Shown: positions 45,998-56,162, numbered from the stretch's first letter. The stretch is DNA of 64,000 nt from Candidatus Hermodarchaeota archaeon (GCA_048885525.1 JBHLLP010000006.1:1-64000); one strand, 5' to 3'. Program-made: numbers and translations. Notes: generated from the letters alone by a model not told the origin.

Positions 45998-48900
45998 CTA
46001 TTTTATTTTACCTTCTTTTCCTTTTCTCAAGAAATAAAATATTAGGATAAGAGTTGTAATTATTATCGGAATAGTTATAATTACTGGATTACCCCCACTA
46101 AAAAGGAATAAATAATATGAAATAGTAACAATTGAGGCAAAAAATGCGATGATACTACCATATTGACTCGCAAAATTCCTTAAATGCCGTAAAATCATAT
46201 TTAGTTTATAATTGGTATTTTTGATTACTTCCAATTCAGTTTCATCAATTTCATCTAATACATCTGGATTTTCATAATATATTGATAACAGTGGATTATA
46301 TTTTCCCTTTATTTCTCCAGCACTTATTAGAAATAATAGATGATCTTGTATATTTTGTTTTTTTATTTTAAGTTCATTGTTCAAGAATCCAACTGTTAAA
46401 TATTCATTTGCAACGGCCTTTATAGTCATATTGATGTATGATTTTAATATAAACCGCTCTAATGCTTTAACTTTTTCATTTAGAATTTCTGAAAATTCAT
46501 CTATAAATCTGTTAAAATCTTCAAGAATAAATTTTGATATTTGACTAAAATTTTTTGATTGCTTAGAAAAATCTTTGAATGTTGTTTCCATGTCTCTTTT
46601 AATCTTATTTATCTCGGAATCAATACTTTTTGCTCTTTTTTGAATCAAAATATTACTTTTCTTAAATTCTTTAATTTCTATATTATCCTCCACTTTTCTT
46701 TCTAAATTACCCAGTAATTGACTTAAATATATTTTATTTTTATTAACAAGAGTCAATAATTGTTCACGGAATGATTCATTCTTCATTGATATTATCTGGT
46801 CACTAATCTTTTGAATTTTGCTGTTATACTCATTAGAAAAATTATTTTTTGCTTTCACATACAACTCTCTAATTTCAGGTACTAATTTAGCTAAATCTCC
46901 AGTATTGCGTAATAAAGCATTTATTTTAACTTCAATTTTTTCTTGAGATTGTTTCAGATTATCCTTAAAGTCTTGCTCCCTATTTTCAAAGTTTTCCTGA
47001 ATCTTTATATAGTCCTCGTGATCTTCCGCTCTTTTAAAAACTTTAGTAGTATATTCCTTTAATTCAATATTTAAGGAATTAAATTTCTGGTCTATAAATG
47101 ATTGTATTTTATTGAATTGCTTTAAATTATTTTTAATATTTTTTATAGCAGCTCTTTCATTCTCTAAAATTGATTCAAAATATTCTTTAGTCTCAAAGAA
47201 TTCTTCTCTTTCTTGATTTATCTGAAGTTCTTTTACTTTTTCATAGAATTGTTTCGGTAGAACATCTTCAAAAATCTTTAAATCCTTAATTCTGTTTTGA
47301 AGCTCTAACATATTTATATTTAGTGTTCTATTTCTAATACTCGAATCATATAAGGAAAGAATTTTTCCGATTCTTGCCCTATTTAATTTTAATAAATTAT
47401 TATCTATATAATTTTTAAGTTCTTTATTCAAGTAATAAAAATCTGTGAATATCAAAATATATTTTTCCTTTTCGTTAAGTTCTGCATTGATTTTTGAAAT
47501 TTCAATCATAGTTTTTAACTGATCAATAAGAACTTTACATGATAATTTAACTTCATCCTTTAAATCGCTTAATTTTATATTATTAGTCCTTTTCTCAATT
47601 GCCAATGCATTTATTTTATTTGAGATGATATTGTTTATAGCTTCGTTTTTTAATTCTGAAATTTCATTAATAAAAAAATCATTAAATTTTTCCCATTGAA
47701 TAATGCTTAATTCTGATTCTCCATTAAAGTTCTCAATATTTTTACGACATTCATTTAACTTTTTTTGGTATATCTTATTTATTTTATTGAAATCAGTTTG
47801 GAGTGAGTCAAATTCTTTCATAGCTTCTTCGATTTTTAAACTTTTATAACGATCTAAATTTTTCTTAACCTCATTTAATTGAGATTTAAATTTTAGACTC
47901 TCTTGAGAAATAAAATTATCAAAATCTTCTATTCTCGCTCGATTTCTTTCTTCTATAATTTTTTTCTTTAAATTTTTTACTTGATTTGCAATTATTTCGA
48001 TTATATTGGATTCTAACTTTTCCAGGCTATCTTGAAGATGGTGAAAGAGTAAATATAACTTCTGCTTTTTTTTAATTTCTTGCTTTATTATGGATTGAAG
48101 TTCTTTAATTTCATTTAACCTCTCGTTCATTAAAATTTCTGACTCTTTCTTAGTAAAACTAAAAGCATCCTGAAATTCATTTTCTAAAATTTTGTTTTTA
48201 GCCTTTTCCTCAATTTGTTTAATATCAATTTGTATTTTATGATTAATCTCTTCAATCTTCTTTAAATTAACATTGAAAAATTGAAAACCGTCAGTATAGA
48301 AACTGAATTCATTATCAAACTGATCTTTAATTCTTAACCACTTATCAATTACCTTTTTATGTTTTTTTACTACTTTTCTTTCTTTAGGGGTAATTTTTTG
48401 AGAGATTTTATAAATTTTATCATCATATTTCCTAATATTTTGAGAGATGCTATCCAGATTATGAATTATGAGACTTAATTTTTCGGGATCATATTCTTTT
48501 TCAAGAATTTCGCAAAAAACCCTTCTAAAGGAATCCAGCTTTTTATCTATATCTTCATCAATGATATCTATTTTTTCTTGAAGATTTTCTAGTAGAATCT
48601 TTAAATTTCTTACTTTCTCTTTTTCCTGGATCTTACTTTTTAAATATGATTCTACTTCTGATAACCTTTTTTGTAAAATCGAGTATACTTTGTTCCATTT
48701 TGAAATTTCTGAGCCTAAACTAGTTTGCATGTTAATATAATAAAATTCCTCATAAAATGAGTTTTCAATGTTCTCATTCAAAAAATCTGCTTCCATTAAT
48801 GCATTTCTAATGACAAATTTTAATCTCTCTTTAGCATACTCAATCTCATTAATTAAAAGATAACTATCTATTTCTTCTCGTATCTGAGAAGTTGCTCTTT

Positions 48901-50467
48901 CTAATTTTAACGTCATATTAAAAATATCATTTTTAATATCCTCCAATTTTTCTTTTTCTTCATATAATCTCTCAACATTCAAATCCATATCAGATACAAT
49001 TATTCTTTTAAAAAAATAATTTAAATAGAAGAAATATTTAGTTTTAATACCTAGGAACACTTTTTTCGTTCTAATATCACCGTTAAAAAACCTTTTCTCA
49101 ACCATATCTTTAATTATTGGAAAGACCTCTTCCTTTAACTTCAAGGGTTCATAATAGAGGGCTCTATATCTTTTATGAATATCAGAAAGAGAAACTATAC
49201 TATTATTTATTAGTTTATTATAGAAATTTTGAAAAAATTCTTTTTTTCCATGACTAAAATTACTAATATAATTCTTAAATTCAATTTCATTGTTTAAAAT
49301 GCGTAAATTAAAATTATAGTTTAAATTAATATATGAAATAAGGTCATTAGTATATTCTTCTAAACCGAAGGTGGATTTTAATTGATTTACATCAATAAAT
49401 TTATCTTTTTCTATTTGCTTAAAAAGTAATCTTTCAATTTCGCCAATAAATTTCTTCCAAATAAGCGATAGAAGAATTATTAACTTAGATACATCACATA
49501 ATTTGTCAGAATTCCAGTTATCGCGATTATTAAGTACTTCTTTTAATTTTTTATTTATGAAAGAAAAAATTCCAGCAGGATTATAATCCAACATCCAAGA
49601 ATATAACTCTAGGATATAAACTACCCAAAAAGTGATTTCTATATTATCTGATTGATTAAAACTAAATCCACCATTCTCTTTCTGAAATTGTTGAAGGGAT
49701 TGGATTTCTTTCTCTTTTATTTCTAAATCTAAATCTAAAAACTTAAGACAAAGAAATCTAAAAATTAAAGAGGTTCCTCTTTTTTTATCTCCTAGATATA
49801 ATCTAAATTGGTTCTTATTAATGCGTATGTCTATATTCAGAAGTGAAAAGATTTCCAAGGCGTAGTATAGTGTTCGAGCAGGGGAAATATTTTTATCGAT
49901 TTCACATTCATTATCATGGCAATGTAGAAATTTATTACTTTTCTTATGGGATAAGATAAAATTTTTAATTTCTCCTTTTTTTTGATCCTGACCCTCAGAA
50001 CTCAGATATTGTTTTAATAATCCTAAATTCTTTAGACAAGTTAAGGCTAGATATGTAGAAAATATATCGGGAAGTTTATCAGATTGTGGAGTTTGTTTGA
50101 ATCCTAATTGTTCGTTTTGATGAATTTCACATTTCTTTATGAAATTAAAGATTTCATCTCTATTTATTCTTTTTTCTTCTTTAAGATATTTCCTTAGTAA
50201 TAAAAACCAAAAAATAGTCTCTAAATTTACGTTAGGGGTATTTAACAAGTTTTTATTAAAATATTCATAGAATTCAACTAGTCTATCATGTTCTTTATAA
50301 TAAAAATTCCTAATATCTCTTTTTTTAACTCTTATAAATGACTTAAATGGTTCTTTTTTAAATTTTGTAATATATGGATAAGCAGATTTCTCTTCCACAT
50401 TAAACAATATTAAACAAATCCCTAGAATGATTATACTAATTTTTGTAAATAATGAAAATATAAACAT
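45998..50467 (-). CDS. giant membrane-anchored protein: prenyltransferase-like repeats, coiled coil, PCI-like winged helices
   Basis: N-terminal TM; QKENGGF-type repeats; long K/E/L heptad region; winged-helix segments; two C-terminal TM helices. Confidence 0.8.
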   Translation of the reverse strand: MFIFSLFTKISIIILGICLILFNVEEKSAYPYITKFKKEPFKSFIRVKKRDIRNFYYKEHDRLVEFYEYFNKNLLNTPNVNLETIFWFLLLRKYLKEEKRINRDEIFNFIKKCEIHQNEQLGFKQTPQSDKLPDIFSTYLALTCLKNLGLLKQYLSSEGQDQKKGEIKNFILSHKKSNKFLHCHDNECEIDKNISPARTLYYALEIFSLLNIDIRINKNQFRLYLGDKKRGTSLIFRFLCLKFLDLDLEIKEKEIQSLQQFQKENGGFSFNQSDNIEITFWVVYILELYSWMLDYNPAGIFSFINKKLKEVLNNRDNWNSDKLCDVSKLIILLSLIWKKFIGEIERLLFKQIEKDKFIDVNQLKSTFGLEEYTNDLISYINLNYNFNLRILNNEIEFKNYISNFSHGKKEFFQNFYNKLINNSIVSLSDIHKRYRALYYEPLKLKEEVFPIIKDMVEKRFFNGDIRTKKVFLGIKTKYFFYLNYFFKRIIVSDMDLNVERLYEEKEKLEDIKNDIFNMTLKLERATSQIREEIDSYLLINEIEYAKERLKFVIRNALMEADFLNENIENSFYEEFYYINMQTSLGSEISKWNKVYSILQKRLSEVESYLKSKIQEKEKVRNLKILLENLQEKIDIIDEDIDKKLDSFRRVFCEILEKEYDPEKLSLIIHNLDSISQNIRKYDDKIYKISQKITPKERKVVKKHKKVIDKWLRIKDQFDNEFSFYTDGFQFFNVNLKKIEEINHKIQIDIKQIEEKAKNKILENEFQDAFSFTKKESEILMNERLNEIKELQSIIKQEIKKKQKLYLLFHHLQDSLEKLESNIIEIIANQVKNLKKKIIEERNRARIEDFDNFISQESLKFKSQLNEVKKNLDRYKSLKIEEAMKEFDSLQTDFNKINKIYQKKLNECRKNIENFNGESELSIIQWEKFNDFFINEISELKNEAINNIISNKINALAIEKRTNNIKLSDLKDEVKLSCKVLIDQLKTMIEISKINAELNEKEKYILIFTDFYYLNKELKNYIDNNLLKLNRARIGKILSLYDSSIRNRTLNINMLELQNRIKDLKIFEDVLPKQFYEKVKELQINQEREEFFETKEYFESILENERAAIKNIKNNLKQFNKIQSFIDQKFNSLNIELKEYTTKVFKRAEDHEDYIKIQENFENREQDFKDNLKQSQEKIEVKINALLRNTGDLAKLVPEIRELYVKAKNNFSNEYNSKIQKISDQIISMKNESFREQLLTLVNKNKIYLSQLLGNLERKVEDNIEIKEFKKSNILIQKRAKSIDSEINKIKRDMETTFKDFSKQSKNFSQISKFILEDFNRFIDEFSEILNEKVKALERFILKSYINMTIKAVANEYLTVGFLNNELKIKKQNIQDHLLFLISAGEIKGKYNPLLSIYYENPDVLDEIDETELEVIKNTNYKLNMILRHLRNFASQYGSIIAFFASIVTISYYLFLFSGGNPVIITIPIIITTLILIFYFLRKGKEGKIK

Positions 50468-50636
50468 TTATTTTTTTGGCAACAAAAATGTCAGATTTAA
50501 GGATAGGTCTCTAAAGACAATTACTAAAATTTAGTTTGATATTCATCAATCATATTTATTACAAGTTATTATAGGGAAAATCCATAACAATCTTGTTAAT
50601 ATTTGCTAAAAAATCCTTTTAATTTTACCTTTTTGA

Positions 50637-51248
50637 TTAACGAAAGTGTTTTTTATTTAGATACACAGTTACAGCAGCAAATATAATACCCACAATGATG
50701 AAATAAATAATCATAAGTAATAATGGTGGAGTACTGCTGATATTTAGAAATATATAGAATTCTTTAGACCAACTATTATTTTCATTCAAAGAGGAATCTT
50801 TAGCCCAAACTTGAAAGATATATACTATTCGATTTTGATATAAACTTATATTATTCCAGTTAAAACTCCACTGACTTTCTCCATTATAAATCATAGTTGC
50901 ATTAAATAAGAAACTGGTAGAATTTGATATCTGAATTGTAACATTGCCAAACAAAGGAGGATTATCATCACTTACATTAGCAATAATTTTATAAACTTTC
51001 TTATTTATTACTGAATTGTTGCTGGATGGTTGGAGGAATGTAATAATTGGAGCAGTTGTATCATTCGTAGGACCTTGAGCAAAATATATAGCATTATTAT
51101 TTACATATCCAACAGCTTCCTTTTTAAAATTAAGTAAATGACCGCTAGAATAAGTAATTGTAATTATTATAAACAGAGTTATAATGATAAATGTTTTAAT
51201 TGAACACTTTTTCTTATAATCTTTAAATGCTATTTTCATTATAATCAT
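50637..51248 (-). CDS. membrane-anchored Ig-like surface (glyco)protein
   Basis: N-terminal hydrophobic helix; DTTAPIITF...ANVSD...WAKDSS; many N-x-S/T sequons; C-terminal TM with basic tail. Confidence 0.8.
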   Translation of the reverse strand: MIIMKIAFKDYKKKCSIKTFIIITLFIIITITYSSGHLLNFKKEAVGYVNNNAIYFAQGPTNDTTAPIITFLQPSSNNSVINKKVYKIIANVSDDNPPLFGNVTIQISNSTSFLFNATMIYNGESQWSFNWNNISLYQNRIVYIFQVWAKDSSLNENNSWSKEFYIFLNISSTPPLLLMIIYFIIVGIIFAAVTVYLNKKHFR

Positions 51249-51389
51249 AAGTAGCTGGCTATATTAAATTAGAATTAATTCTAACTGTAATTTAAATTTA
51301 AGTGAAGAATACAGCAATTGTTTGGAAATTTGTATCATATCAAAAATTATTTAGTTTCTTTAAAAAAAGTATATTTTGATATCATTTGT

Positions 51390-52904
51390 TTACAATTGAG
51401 GATTGCCATTAAAACCCCAAGTTTTATTAATTCCTAAATTATCTTGGATTAAGGGTGCTTGAATATCATTTACAGACATCCCTAGTCCTGAAGGGATGAA
51501 ATTTTTAGCATTATTAAAAGCTGTTTCTATAGTCTCACTTTTATTTAATTGATCCCAAAATTGATGAAAAAACCATGATCCCGCAAAGCCATCAGCATTC
51601 AAATTGTCTCGCCAATACCATGAAAAAATATCTGTTGTCGATGTAATTAATATTGAATTGGGTATATTATACCAACTTAGTCCTATACTTGAGTTTTGAT
51701 TTAAAAAATTTCCACTATAACATATATCTATATTGATCAATATACGTCTACAATTAATCTCTTTAACGAGATTAAAAAACTCAATTTCAGTTATATAATT
51801 GCTGTCAGCTTCGAAATGGAAAGTTGCATTCCCATCACCAAGTACTCTATTTGAACCATGGTCTACCATATAAATTATCAGTTGATCTTTTGAATTTATC
51901 TTAGATGCAAAAGAACCGATGACACTAACATTCAATTCTTGCTTAAATCTACTCGAATTCACATCGTCGTTTTCTACATCAATGATAGCACCAGCTAAAT
52001 CATTTGATATTCCATCATTTGCCTTTATATCTATTGTATTATCATCCGTGTGATAGAGCATCAAAAATATATCATCATCAGTATATCCATGATTCTTTAA
52101 AATCCAGTAAACTTGAAGTGCTTGAGCAGGAAAGCCATCTGAATCTATATTACTAGGAAGAGGGCTCGGAATTGGGGGAGGGAACCAATATTCTATCTTT
52201 ACATCATCAAAAAGTACCATGTCGCCCCCAGTCATATTCCCTTCAACTGCTAATACTAAATGTAGTTGAGTTATCTCATTTTGAGTGGAATTATCTGCAA
52301 TACCAGTTGAATTAAGAGATTTCCAACCAATGAAACCTCCTAATGTACCATCTGACCAATCTGTTCTTATTACATCATTACTAGAATTTAACCATCTTAA
52401 TCCTATCCTAGCTCCTGCTCCTGTGCCCGGTAAAATTATAGCGGGATTTATTGGGGGGAAATTAATATTAGTTGTTATATTAACCCAAGCAGAAAGATTA
52501 TATGCGGCAGACTTTATTAATGGATAATACTTTGTCCAATTATAAACCAATTCCATATCAACATATCCTCCCCAAGGTTTAGCAATAAATTGTACAACCC
52601 CAGGAGTATGATAACCTGGTATATTAGCATCAGTTACTATATACCCATTTGGGAAATCTTCGAAAGAGGGCCATCGACCCGTTTCATTACTAAACGTTGA
52701 ATCATCTCCATCATTAAAATCGGGTTGACTATCCTTTCTATAGAAATCATTTGCACTGCATAGGATAATTGCTTTTCGGGCTCCTGGAATTGGTTCTCTT
52801 CGCATGGTAGGAAGATATATTATCCATAAAGAAAGAACTAATACTATACCTATAATAAATGCAAGTAAAGGAATATATTTCTTTGCATTCTTCTTTAAAT
52901 CCAT
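51390..52904 (-). CDS. C13 (legumain/GPI8-like, caspase-fold) peptidase with an inserted beta-sandwich domain
   Basis: YMVDHGS (His) and IDICYSG (Cys) dyad; VYWILKNHGYTDDDIFLMLY; N-terminal TM. Confidence 0.85.
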   Translation of the reverse strand: MDLKKNAKKYIPLLAFIIGIVLVLSLWIIYLPTMRREPIPGARKAIILCSANDFYRKDSQPDFNDGDDSTFSNETGRWPSFEDFPNGYIVTDANIPGYHTPGVVQFIAKPWGGYVDMELVYNWTKYYPLIKSAAYNLSAWVNITTNINFPPINPAIILPGTGAGARIGLRWLNSSNDVIRTDWSDGTLGGFIGWKSLNSTGIADNSTQNEITQLHLVLAVEGNMTGGDMVLFDDVKIEYWFPPPIPSPLPSNIDSDGFPAQALQVYWILKNHGYTDDDIFLMLYHTDDNTIDIKANDGISNDLAGAIIDVENDDVNSSRFKQELNVSVIGSFASKINSKDQLIIYMVDHGSNRVLGDGNATFHFEADSNYITEIEFFNLVKEINCRRILINIDICYSGNFLNQNSSIGLSWYNIPNSILITSTTDIFSWYWRDNLNADGFAGSWFFHQFWDQLNKSETIETAFNNAKNFIPSGLGMSVNDIQAPLIQDNLGINKTWGFNGNPQL

Positions 52905-53106
52905 TAAATCTCAACTTTTTTGGTATTTTTATTCTTTTAAAAAGTAATTTCTACAAAAGATATATATAAAGGAGAATTACACGATATTATAATTTAAATC
53001 TTACTTTTCTTTATTAAATGAATATGTTTCTCTTAACATATAATATATAATATTCTTAAAATGAAAATAAAAAAAATTTTATAAAATGATTAGAAAGCTT
53101 ATTAGC

Positions 53107-54507
53107 TCACTCTTTCATTTTTAATATTTCTTCTAATGTGGGTTTTTCTTTAATATCTAAAAGTTTAAACTCATCAATCATTTGAATCAAACCATATACT
53201 ACTACACCATGATTGTATTGCTCGTTTGCATCATATAAATTCCGGTAACAAAATGGACATTCAGTTGTTACTATATCTGCACCTATTGCATTTGCTTCAT
53301 CCAACCGTAAGCTTGATGTCCTTAATGAAAAATCAGCATAGCCTGCTCTCACTCCTCCACCGGCTCCACAACAGAAGCTATCGAGTTTTATTCGGTACAT
53401 TTCTTTAAATTTTATACCAACATCTTGTTCCAATTGTCTTAACACAATTCGAGGAACTTCATACCATTCATCAATCGCTTCTCTAATTTTTCGACTATCC
53501 ATCATTAGATTTTTAGATTCTTCTATTATTTTTTGCTCAATTTCTAAAGCCATGTGTCTTCCGAGATGGCATGGATCATGGTATGTAACTACTTTTCCTT
53601 TTAATTCCTTATTAGGCTTAAATTTGATTTTTCCCTCGGTGATTAATCGAGAAACTAATTCAAATGCATGCATGGTTTTAAAAGGAATTTTACCCTCAGA
53701 TGACCATTTAGGATAATCATTTGTAAAAGTCTTGTAACATCCCGCACAACTAAAGAATATTAAATCCAAGTCTTTAAAGGCTTCAATATTTTTATTCATT
53801 AATTCTTGAGCCGTATCGACAGCACCTACTCTAAAGAATGGACTTCCACAACATACTTCATCCTCAACTAATCTGAAATTAATTCCTAACTGTTCAAAAA
53901 TCTTGCAAGTTGCTATAGCAATCTCAATTTGGCGATAACTTGCTGTACAACCTACAAAATAACCAATCTTTGCATCTTTATTATCTATATATTTCTCTAA
54001 ACCAGCATCTTTTGCCCATTTAAAGCGTTCTTCTGCTTTTCCACCATATGGATTGTTTAATTCCTTTGTTAAACGTTCAACTAACTGATGTTTCTCAATC
54101 ATCGGGATTCCCGCCTCTTTACATGCAGCACGGAGAGCTTCTATAATATCAACGGTTCGCACTTTGTTTTCACATTGGGCTGAACATTGACCACATGTAA
54201 TACAAGGCATAATAACATCCCTAACTTCTTCAGAAAACTCTAAATCCCCACTTAAAATAGAACGAGCAATCCAAATCTTACCAGCATTCCAAAAAGCTTC
54301 CCATCCATGTTCTATACCGGCTGGACATGCATCCACCATACCCTCATAAAGTACAGAACCTTGTTTTCCAGTAAATTCTCCAATTCCTTTTTTATCAGGT
54401 TCTCCTGAGTACGCAAATCTACATGCTTTACAATGAATGCATCTATATACATCCTTTTTAAGCTCTTCGAGCCTTTCCATTCCTGTTTTTGACATTTTCT
54501 TTATCAA
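53107..54507 (-). CDS. Fe-S oxidoreductase with CCG domains (HdrD/GlcF-like)
   Basis: CIHCKAC..CP, CITCGQCSAQC, FVGC, CCGSP, CAGC, YHDPCHLGR, CCGAGGG, CPFC. SD GGAGGTTGA suggests the ATG at 54495 as start. Confidence 0.93.
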   Translation of the reverse strand: MIKKMSKTGMERLEELKKDVYRCIHCKACRFAYSGEPDKKGIGEFTGKQGSVLYEGMVDACPAGIEHGWEAFWNAGKIWIARSILSGDLEFSEEVRDVIMPCITCGQCSAQCENKVRTVDIIEALRAACKEAGIPMIEKHQLVERLTKELNNPYGGKAEERFKWAKDAGLEKYIDNKDAKIGYFVGCTASYRQIEIAIATCKIFEQLGINFRLVEDEVCCGSPFFRVGAVDTAQELMNKNIEAFKDLDLIFFSCAGCYKTFTNDYPKWSSEGKIPFKTMHAFELVSRLITEGKIKFKPNKELKGKVVTYHDPCHLGRHMALEIEQKIIEESKNLMMDSRKIREAIDEWYEVPRIVLRQLEQDVGIKFKEMYRIKLDSFCCGAGGGVRAGYADFSLRTSSLRLDEANAIGADIVTTECPFCYRNLYDANEQYNHGVVVYGLIQMIDEFKLLDIKEKPTLEEILKMKE

Positions 54508-54517
54508 CCTCCTTTAT

Positions 54518-56008
54518 TTATGGAAGAGCAAGTCTTCCTGGATGCATTATAAAATTAGGATCTACGAGCTTTTTGAAAGCCCTCAAATATTTCCAGTACA
54601 TTCCAGCCTGATAATATGCTTGAATATGGATGTAGGGATCTGGTCTATAATTAAGCCAACCTTGTTTTAAAGCATATTCAGTAGTTTCACTGTTTAATTG
54701 TTGAACTTTTTCAAAATCACTTTGTTTTGTACTGTCAAAGCATACAATGGGCATACAAATTGCTTGTCTACATCGTTCAATACTTGCAATCCAAATTACG
54801 GGAGGAAATCCATGTTCTTCCATCTTTTTTGTATACATGTCAGCAAAATGTGCGCATTCTGGCCAAGGAGTATACCAGGTAATAAATAAAAAGCCAGCTT
54901 CCCAGAAGCTATAAGGAATAGCTATTTTATTAGGTTTTTTCATTCTACTGGCAATTTGCTTAGGATGAAGTTCCTGCTTTATAATTGCATCTGGATTTTT
55001 AGCTCTTTTCTTAAAATCTTCGGCCATTTTATCAATTCTATTAGTTACATAATCAAGTTCTTCTTGAGTTTGAGCCCACGTTTCCCAATTCATCCACCAT
55101 TGAGAAATACCAATTTCTTTATAGAAATTATAATCATGTGGGATTTTATCCTTTGGCCATCTAGCCATTACAAGAGGATAATTACCTCCTTGAACCATAA
55201 CGGTATGGTGGCTAATTCCAAACTCCTGTTTAGCAACTTCAAGAGTTAAGTTCTGCATATCGTAAGGATTATCCATACCCCATACAACAACTGTCTTAAA
55301 CTTCGGATGGGGGAATATTTTCACAGCAGCTTTAGTAACTACTCCAAAAGCACCTTGTGAACCCATCAGAAAACTCCACATATCAGGGCCTATACCATAT
55401 TTATAAAAGGGTTTTGCAAATGGAAGTGCCCATGAACCAGTTCGTACTACATCTCCATTTGGGAAAACAATTTCCCCACACATAAAATTATCTCCTTGTG
55501 GACCTACTGAAGATGTATATAACGAAAATCCACGATCAATTGCATCCCCCATAACGGTTGCTGCTGGAGGAGCTCCATCAGGAATTGGAGGTGCCCAATC
55601 TGGATGATATTTATGCATATAACTCCAAAGTTGTCCATTTGTGACCCCTGGTTCTATTATACAATAACGGTTTTCTTCGTCTATTTCAAGAATCCTATTC
55701 ATCCTTCCCAAATCGAGAAGAACTCCACCAGGTTTGATTGTAGGGCATGCAAAACCACCTGACAAACCAGCAGACACGGGACTAACAGCAATCTTTTCTG
55801 CAGAACAATATATTAATATTTTTCGAATTTCTTCAACGTATTTTGGTCGGACAACAATATCTGGAATTTGGGATTCTAACCCCATTACAGATTTAGCTAG
55901 ATATGATGCAGTAATGGCTTTATTATTGGTAGCATACTCTTTCCCGACAATTCCGATCATAGCTTCTAAATCTTTTTCATCCGGTAATTTATAGCTCATA
56001 ATCTCCAA
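54518..56008 (-). CDS. FAD-binding oxidoreductase (GlcD/vanillyl-alcohol oxidase family)
   Basis: PDIVVRP, LDLGRMNRILEID, IEPGVT, GSQGAFGVVT, KKLVDPNFIMHPG. Likely start is the ATG at 55999. Confidence 0.92.
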   Translation of the reverse strand: MEIMSYKLPDEKDLEAMIGIVGKEYATNNKAITASYLAKSVMGLESQIPDIVVRPKYVEEIRKILIYCSAEKIAVSPVSAGLSGGFACPTIKPGGVLLDLGRMNRILEIDEENRYCIIEPGVTNGQLWSYMHKYHPDWAPPIPDGAPPAATVMGDAIDRGFSLYTSSVGPQGDNFMCGEIVFPNGDVVRTGSWALPFAKPFYKYGIGPDMWSFLMGSQGAFGVVTKAAVKIFPHPKFKTVVVWGMDNPYDMQNLTLEVAKQEFGISHHTVMVQGGNYPLVMARWPKDKIPHDYNFYKEIGISQWWMNWETWAQTQEELDYVTNRIDKMAEDFKKRAKNPDAIIKQELHPKQIASRMKKPNKIAIPYSFWEAGFLFITWYTPWPECAHFADMYTKKMEEHGFPPVIWIASIERCRQAICMPIVCFDSTKQSDFEKVQQLNSETTEYALKQGWLNYRPDPYIHIQAYYQAGMYWKYLRAFKKLVDPNFIMHPGRLALP

Positions 56009-56135
56009 CCTATTAAATAATCTTCAAATTTTTGTTTTTATATAATTTAATGTATTATTTTGGAAAATTAAGTACTGCATTTTAAATTTTCTTATGACAT
56101 TTTCATACAAAATATGATTTTTTCTTATAGAAATT

Positions 56136-56162
56136 ATGTTTCATTTCTAGAGGGTGAAACAT
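56136..56162. promoter_or_regulatory. inverted repeat, candidate operator or terminator
   Basis: ATGTTTCA-N11-TGAAACAT upstream of the FAD/Fe-S oxidoreductase pair. Confidence 0.35.

Noticed and set aside
53040-53109. Possible selenocysteine read-through at the TGA ending the HdrD-like gene
   Set aside because: All Cys motifs are complete before the stop, the TGA is not at a Cys-equivalent position, and the read-through is short low-complexity sequence.
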